DNA of 64,000 nucleotides from an uncultured Candidatus Saccharibacteria bacterium (GTDB lineage Bacteria; Patescibacteriota; Andersenbacteria; UBA10190): NCBI GenBank assembly GCA_964371255.1, contig CAYJKV010000006.1, positions 9,806 to 73,805 of the forward strand, read 5' to 3'. Shown piece by piece: positions 59,612 to 64,000 of this stretch (position 1 is its first letter; each line of letters starts with the position of its first letter). The notes under the pieces were generated by a model. It saw only the letters and a program-made list of their open reading frames with translations, ran no database searches and was not told where the DNA came from. The position numbers and the translations under genes were made by a program.

Positions 59612-60646
59612 TTATAACAAAGTCCCCTGTCCTTCTTCCTCATAATATCTCTTTAGTATCATCGGTACTTTTGTATGTGGGTGGAACGCCAGCTCGTCAT
59701 CTGATAGCACCACCCGATCATGCCGCCTCTCACCCATCAATCCACCTAGTCGCTCTTCATGCTTTTTTATCGCCCAGAGCTGCATTCCTCGCAATATTTT
59801 TTCTAGCCAATCTCCCGGCACCTCCAACAGCCAGCTTTCGATCTGCTTTTTCGCCACCTGCCACCCTCGCTCTCGCATATATAATCTCGACTTCAGGAGC
59901 CGCCGCTCGGGAGAAATCACATACTGCCTCAGCCACACCCGATTAGCTTCCCACCAATTACTAAAAACCTCTAAACCGCTTAGCGGCACCATTTGGTTAT
60001 ATTGCTGTGCCATGTAAATATTCCGCACTGCCCGATCCATTAATAAAGAACCGTCCGCAATATAATGGTTTAAACAAATTTTATCCGGCGAGATCTCGTC
60101 CCAATATTTTCTGCGTCGCCCGGATAATTGACTCACTAGCAGCAACAATGCCCGCGCCGTCCAAATCCGTCCCTTTTTTACTATCACAAAAACATCAATA
60201 TCACTTTGTTCATGCGTGTTAAACCACACCAGCGATCCACTGCCGCCAATCATTTCCACCAGGGGCAACAGGTTCAACCACCAGCCTACCCGTCTGGCAA
60301 TTTTCCATTTTTGCTGCGCTACGGCATGCCTAACCAAGCGTCTTCGAACAAAACGCTTAGCTGCCTCTTCCTCTGGCTCTCTGTTATTTACCCAACTTAT
60401 TACCGTACTGGGCAGCCAATAATATCCCCAGCATGACCCTACTTTTCTTTTTAACTCTAAATTATCAAGTGCATACCTTACATCCTTGAGACTTGGCACA
60501 TGATGTCCGTGCCATCGTTGTCCAGATTCATCCTGAGCCACCACCAACGACCGCCATATCTGCACCAGAGTCATCGGCATTTCTAAAAGACTATAAAACC
60601 GTATCGTATCAAAAATGGCTCGTTCTAAATACCAATCCCCCTGCAT
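59612..60646 (-). CDS. Nucleotidyltransferase (pol-beta superfamily)-like protein
   Basis: GGSGSLVWFNTHEQSDIDVFV resembles the GS...DxD nucleotidyltransferase motif. Confidence 0.4.
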   Translation of the reverse strand: MQGDWYLERAIFDTIRFYSLLEMPMTLVQIWRSLVVAQDESGQRWHGHHVPSLKDVRYALDNLELKRKVGSCWGYYWLPSTVISWVNNREPEEEAAKRFVRRRLVRHAVAQQKWKIARRVGWWLNLLPLVEMIGGSGSLVWFNTHEQSDIDVFVIVKKGRIWTARALLLLVSQLSGRRRKYWDEISPDKICLNHYIADGSLLMDRAVRNIYMAQQYNQMVPLSGLEVFSNWWEANRVWLRQYVISPERRLLKSRLYMRERGWQVAKKQIESWLLEVPGDWLEKILRGMQLWAIKKHEERLGGLMGERRHDRVVLSDDELAFHPHTKVPMILKRYYEEEGQGTLL

Positions 60647-60688
60647 GACTCAAGCGTAAATCCTCTTTAGAAAAGATAAAATAGGGAT

Positions 60689-61093
60689 TTGACTGCATTG
60701 CCTTCAGCTATGGCTTATGGCACTCTGGTTCTTATGAAGAAAACACGAAAGAAAAACCAACTGGCGGCTTACAGCAATAACAGTCAACACGCGACGACTA
60801 ATGACATAGAGGAGTTAGCAGCCATCACCGCCAAACAATTTAATGTCGTCGATGACCGATTCAACAAAGTCGATGACCGATTCAACAAAGTCGATGAGCG
60901 ATTTAAAAAAATTGATAAACGATTCAACAAAGTCGATGACCGGCTCGATCAGGTCGATGGCCGTCTGGGACGACTCGAGCACGGACAAGAAGCTGTGCTT
61001 AACATCCTGAACGAAAACAATCAGCTGCTCAAAGAGCTACGAGGCTTGCCCCAACGCGTGGAGCGCCTGGAACGAACAGTCTTTCGCCGATAA
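60689..61093 (+). CDS. Coiled-coil protein with five tandem heptad repeats (DRFNKVD)
   Basis: Encoded by 21-bp tandem DNA repeats at ~60851-60960. Confidence 0.45.
   Translation: MTALPSAMAYGTLVLMKKTRKKNQLAAYSNNSQHATTNDIEELAAITAKQFNVVDDRFNKVDDRFNKVDERFKKIDKRFNKVDDRLDQVDGRLGRLEHGQEAVLNILNENNQLLKELRGLPQRVERLERTVFRR
60851..60960 (+). repeat. 21-bp tandem repeat (cgattcaacaaagtcgatgac-like), about 5 copies, in-frame
   Basis: Seen directly in the sequence. Confidence 0.8.
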
Positions 61094-61124
61094 TACCTAT
61101 CAGAAATTTTTAGTTCCCAAACTT

Positions 61125-61260
61125 ATTGCCAAAGGTAATTAGGTTTTGTCATTTGACATTGATTTGATATTTGGATTTTGGCATTTAGATTTTATTGACT
61201 TAGTCATTAGGATTTGATTGGTCATTGGGATTTAGACATTGGTCATTGGACATTTATCCC
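61125..61260. repeat. Degenerate tandem repeats (ggtcattgg / gatttag units) in an intergenic region
   Basis: Repeated gtcattgg(a/g)(c)attt units seen directly. Confidence 0.6.
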
Positions 61261-63029
61261 GCATCTAAATCAAAACTTTTTTCCTCTTTTTCGTCTTGCA
61301 CACCCTCAATCTTAGAATCACCTGCCTCTAACCCATAAACTCGCATTATTTCCTGGCCGAACCGATTCATCCTCTTCTCCCGTACCTTGATTTCCGGATA
61401 CATCTGCTCGTACCGCTTGGCATCGAATATAGTTGACTGCGTAAAAATAATTACCTCGCCCGGCCCAAGCGGTGTCAGATGACTAGTAGCCGGATCCAAT
61501 AGTTCCCATTTATGCATGTCAACATCCGGATGAGCTTCATCACCTATCGTATACTCATGCGCCGCCACCGTCGTTAGCCAATGCACTGTTTGCACGGAAA
61601 ACTTATCCAACACTAAATACGGCCGCGCTTTATCTGCATTATCCCGTACGTACTCATTTATATATTTTGAGACATCTGTTAAATCAGCTCGGTAAGCATA
61701 ATGGGCGTCCGCGTCATTGCGCGCTACCAAAAAATACAAAGCCCCATCATACAAAACGCTTAAAGCCAATACCCCTACCACCGCTCCTTGCCAAACACCA
61801 GTCCACCGCTTCGGCATTTGATTAAGTTTGGCCTTTTTCATTCCCCAATGCACCATGACTGCCGCGGCTGTACCGGCCAGCATAAAGATAGGCGGCAACA
61901 ACCCAATTGACCGCAAGCCATGCGGCATGCCCTCCGCTGTCATAATCACCGGCACCAGCATGCCTGCCAGTAATAACAGTAAATAGGCATAAATCATTCC
62001 CAAATGCACTTCTGTTCCTTGTATGATTTTTCCAACCACCACAATAAATCCTCTGATCGCCCACGCTAGGCCTAACAGAAATAATAATCCAGTCAACTGG
62101 TTGAGCAGCGGGAAGCCAGCCACATTATGCCGCCAATTTAAATCACTCTGCCCGGCAAAAAAGGCCAGCAACGTCTCGCTGGCAGAATATACCAACGTCC
62201 CCGACAAAGTTCCCCCGCCATGTTGTTTCTGCAAATCGCTGCTAAAAACTGACACTTGTCCCGCCCTACCCACCACTGCCTCGGGGTGCTGCACAAAATA
62301 CCATCCCAATGGGGTTAGCACTATCACCGCCGCAATTATGCCGACGGCTAGCTGTTTGCCATAGCGCCGCCAATGCGGAAATCCAATCTTCGGATGCAGC
62401 GCTGCCAGTGCCAGAAGGATTGCCACACCGATCACCACCCCAACCATTACGCGGTACGCTATGTATGTGTAAAATCCCCCGGCCCAAGCCATGCCCGCCA
62501 ATATTGCATACCAATAAGAGCGAAAGATTTGCTGTCTTTTTACCGACTGGATCGTATAACCGACCCAGGCCGTAAATAATAATACAAACAAGGGAATTAG
62601 AATGGCTCGAAATCCCGTTCGCGATAAAGTCACGTGCCAGTGATTAGTAGCCAGTAGTAAGGCCGCTATCACTCCGGCTAATCGCCCGAACCACACGCGA
62701 CTCGCAAAATACATCGCCCAGACTGTTAACACCCCCACGAACGCTGCCACAACATGCAACTGCCACACCCCTACCCCAAACAGCCATACCGATGCTGCCT
62801 GTAATAAAAAGAATAGTCCCTCTCGGCCATTCCCGCGGGGATAAAACGGACGAATATCTCCATCCAATATCAACAGCACGTCTTCACCATTCGCCGCCTC
62901 GTCTGGAAATAATCCCGGGGGATAATTTTGAATATCATAAAACCGAAAAAAGATGGCCAGCAGCAACACGCCGCTCATTCCCGCTATCATCATCCACAGT
63001 CTTTTATGCATGTTCCCAGTGTATAACAA
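61254..63029 (-). CDS. ArnT/PMT-family (GT39/GT83) membrane glycosyltransferase
   Basis: About 12 TM N-terminal domain with DE motif (FPDEAANG) in the first loop; C-terminal soluble domain. Confidence 0.65.
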   Translation of the reverse strand: MLYTGNMHKRLWMMIAGMSGVLLLAIFFRFYDIQNYPPGLFPDEAANGEDVLLILDGDIRPFYPRGNGREGLFFLLQAASVWLFGVGVWQLHVVAAFVGVLTVWAMYFASRVWFGRLAGVIAALLLATNHWHVTLSRTGFRAILIPLFVLLFTAWVGYTIQSVKRQQIFRSYWYAILAGMAWAGGFYTYIAYRVMVGVVIGVAILLALAALHPKIGFPHWRRYGKQLAVGIIAAVIVLTPLGWYFVQHPEAVVGRAGQVSVFSSDLQKQHGGGTLSGTLVYSASETLLAFFAGQSDLNWRHNVAGFPLLNQLTGLLFLLGLAWAIRGFIVVVGKIIQGTEVHLGMIYAYLLLLLAGMLVPVIMTAEGMPHGLRSIGLLPPIFMLAGTAAAVMVHWGMKKAKLNQMPKRWTGVWQGAVVGVLALSVLYDGALYFLVARNDADAHYAYRADLTDVSKYINEYVRDNADKARPYLVLDKFSVQTVHWLTTVAAHEYTIGDEAHPDVDMHKWELLDPATSHLTPLGPGEVIIFTQSTIFDAKRYEQMYPEIKVREKRMNRFGQEIMRVYGLEAGDSKIEGVQDEKEEKSFDLDAG

Positions 63030-63072
63030 ACACCCCTGCCCGACGACCCATTTCCTTTTTTAGGCAGCTGCT

Positions 63073-64000
63073 TTATCGAGCCGCTGATTTTACTGTGCTT
63101 CGTTCAAAGACTTCGCGTAAGTAACCGCCAGTATAACTGGTTTTAATCCGGGCTACTTCTTGAGGTGTCCCCACCCCTATCACCCGGCCACCGGCTTCTC
63201 CTCCATCCGGCCCCATATCAATAATGTGATCAGCTGACTTTATTACATCCAAGTTATGCTCGATTACCAACACGGAGTTGCCTTTATCCACCAACTTCTG
63301 CAGCACCAGCAATAGTCTTTTTACGTCATCAAAATGTAGACCCGTCGTCGGTTCGTCTAATATGTACAAAGTTTTGCCGGTTGCTCGCCTGGACAATTCC
63401 GTTGCTAATTTAATCCGCTGTGCCTCGCCCCCCGACAATGTTGTCGCCGGCTGTCCCAGATGTATATACCCCAGACCAACATCAAACAAAGTCTGTAACT
63501 TGTGCTTTATAACCGGCACTGCTTTAAAGAAATCCAATGACTGCTCAACCGTCATATTCAAGACCTCTGCGATTGTCACTCCTTTATACTCAATCTCCAA
63601 AGCATCCGGGTTATACCTTTGACCGTGGCATTCATCGCATTCAACATATACGTCCGGTAAAAAGTGCATTTCGATTTTTAGCACGCCGTCGCCCTGACAC
63701 CTCTCACAACGTCCGCCCTTAACATTAAAGGAGAATCGGCCTGCCCGATAACCCCTGATTTTTGCTTCCTGCGTAGCCGCAAACAGCTCCCTGATTGGTG
63801 TAAAAAGACCCGTATAGGTCGCCGGATTGCTACGCGGTGTCCGGCCGATAGGGGACTGGTCAATCGTTATCACCTTATCTAAATACTGCAGCCCCTGAAT
63901 AACCTTATGTTTACCTGGCTGCAACTTAGCCCGATGGAATTCCATGGCGAGCGCTCGTGACAAGATATCATTGACTAACGTCGACTTGCCAGAGCCTGAT
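63073..64000 (-). CDS. uvrA: Excinuclease ABC subunit A, C-terminal part (5' part lies beyond the window)
   Basis: Second ABC module: Walker [13 protein letters not shown] at the window edge, zinc finger C..C...C..C, signature [12 protein letters not shown], Walker [13 protein letters not shown]. Confidence 0.85.
   Translation of the reverse strand, partial: SGSGKSTLVNDILSRALAMEFHRAKLQPGKHKVIQGLQYLDKVITIDQSPIGRTPRSNPATYTGLFTPIRELFAATQEAKIRGYRAGRFSFNVKGGRCERCQGDGVLKIEMHFLPDVYVECDECHGQRYNPDALEIEYKGVTIAEVLNMTVEQSLDFFKAVPVIKHKLQTLFDVGLGYIHLGQPATTLSGGEAQRIKLATELSRRATGKTLYILDEPTTGLHFDDVKRLLLVLQKLVDKGNSVLVIEHNLDVIKSADHIIDMGPDGGEAGGRVIGVGTPQEVARIKTSYTGGYLREVFERSTVKSAAR

Overview
This 64 kb bacterial window is gene-dense and reads as a core genome interrupted by several AT-rich accessory blocks.

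Core genes: groES-groEL, pyk, rpoD, dnaG, fpg, prs, acs, uvrA (3' part of gene runs off the window edge), tRNA-Ser, and an OmpR-type two-component system with a CpxP-like neighbour.

Accessory content:
(i) A ~6 kb island (12.5-18.5 kb) bounded by 60-bp direct repeats. It carries a sigma-28-like factor, an orphan ParB, an M23 peptidase and a very AT-rich 865-aa PHP-phosphoesterase/SMC-like ABC-ATPase protein resembling the single-gene Ppl antiphage system.
(ii) Next to that island, a tRNA-Asn(GUU) gene whose anticodon loop is split by a ~307-nt group-I-like intron with recognisable Q/R/S elements.
(iii) A minus-strand run encoding a Met-rich SHOCT membrane protein, a DsrE-like protein and a TPR-like domain fused to an Arr-type (rifampin) ADP-ribosyltransferase, followed by an overlapping receiver-domain/patatin phospholipase pair.
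(iv) A ~4.6 kb segment (39.4-44.2 kb) flanked by ~140-bp direct repeats. It contains a serine-recombinase fragment, a proteasome-beta-like Ntn hydrolase and a LexA-wHTH membrane protein.
(v) A ~9 kb arsenic/metal/thiol-redox island: arsR-arsM-acr3-arsC, arsP, ferredoxin, a split permease, CDF, CcdA and thioredoxins.
(vi) A GIY-YIG gene bracketed by a 17-bp duplication of the tRNA-Ser 3' end.

There is also a glycan-metabolism cluster (GH130-like, two GT4s), a LamG-type IV pilin, and tandem-repeat loci. No CRISPR array or rRNA was found. All functional calls rest on motifs recognised by eye and were not checked against databases.
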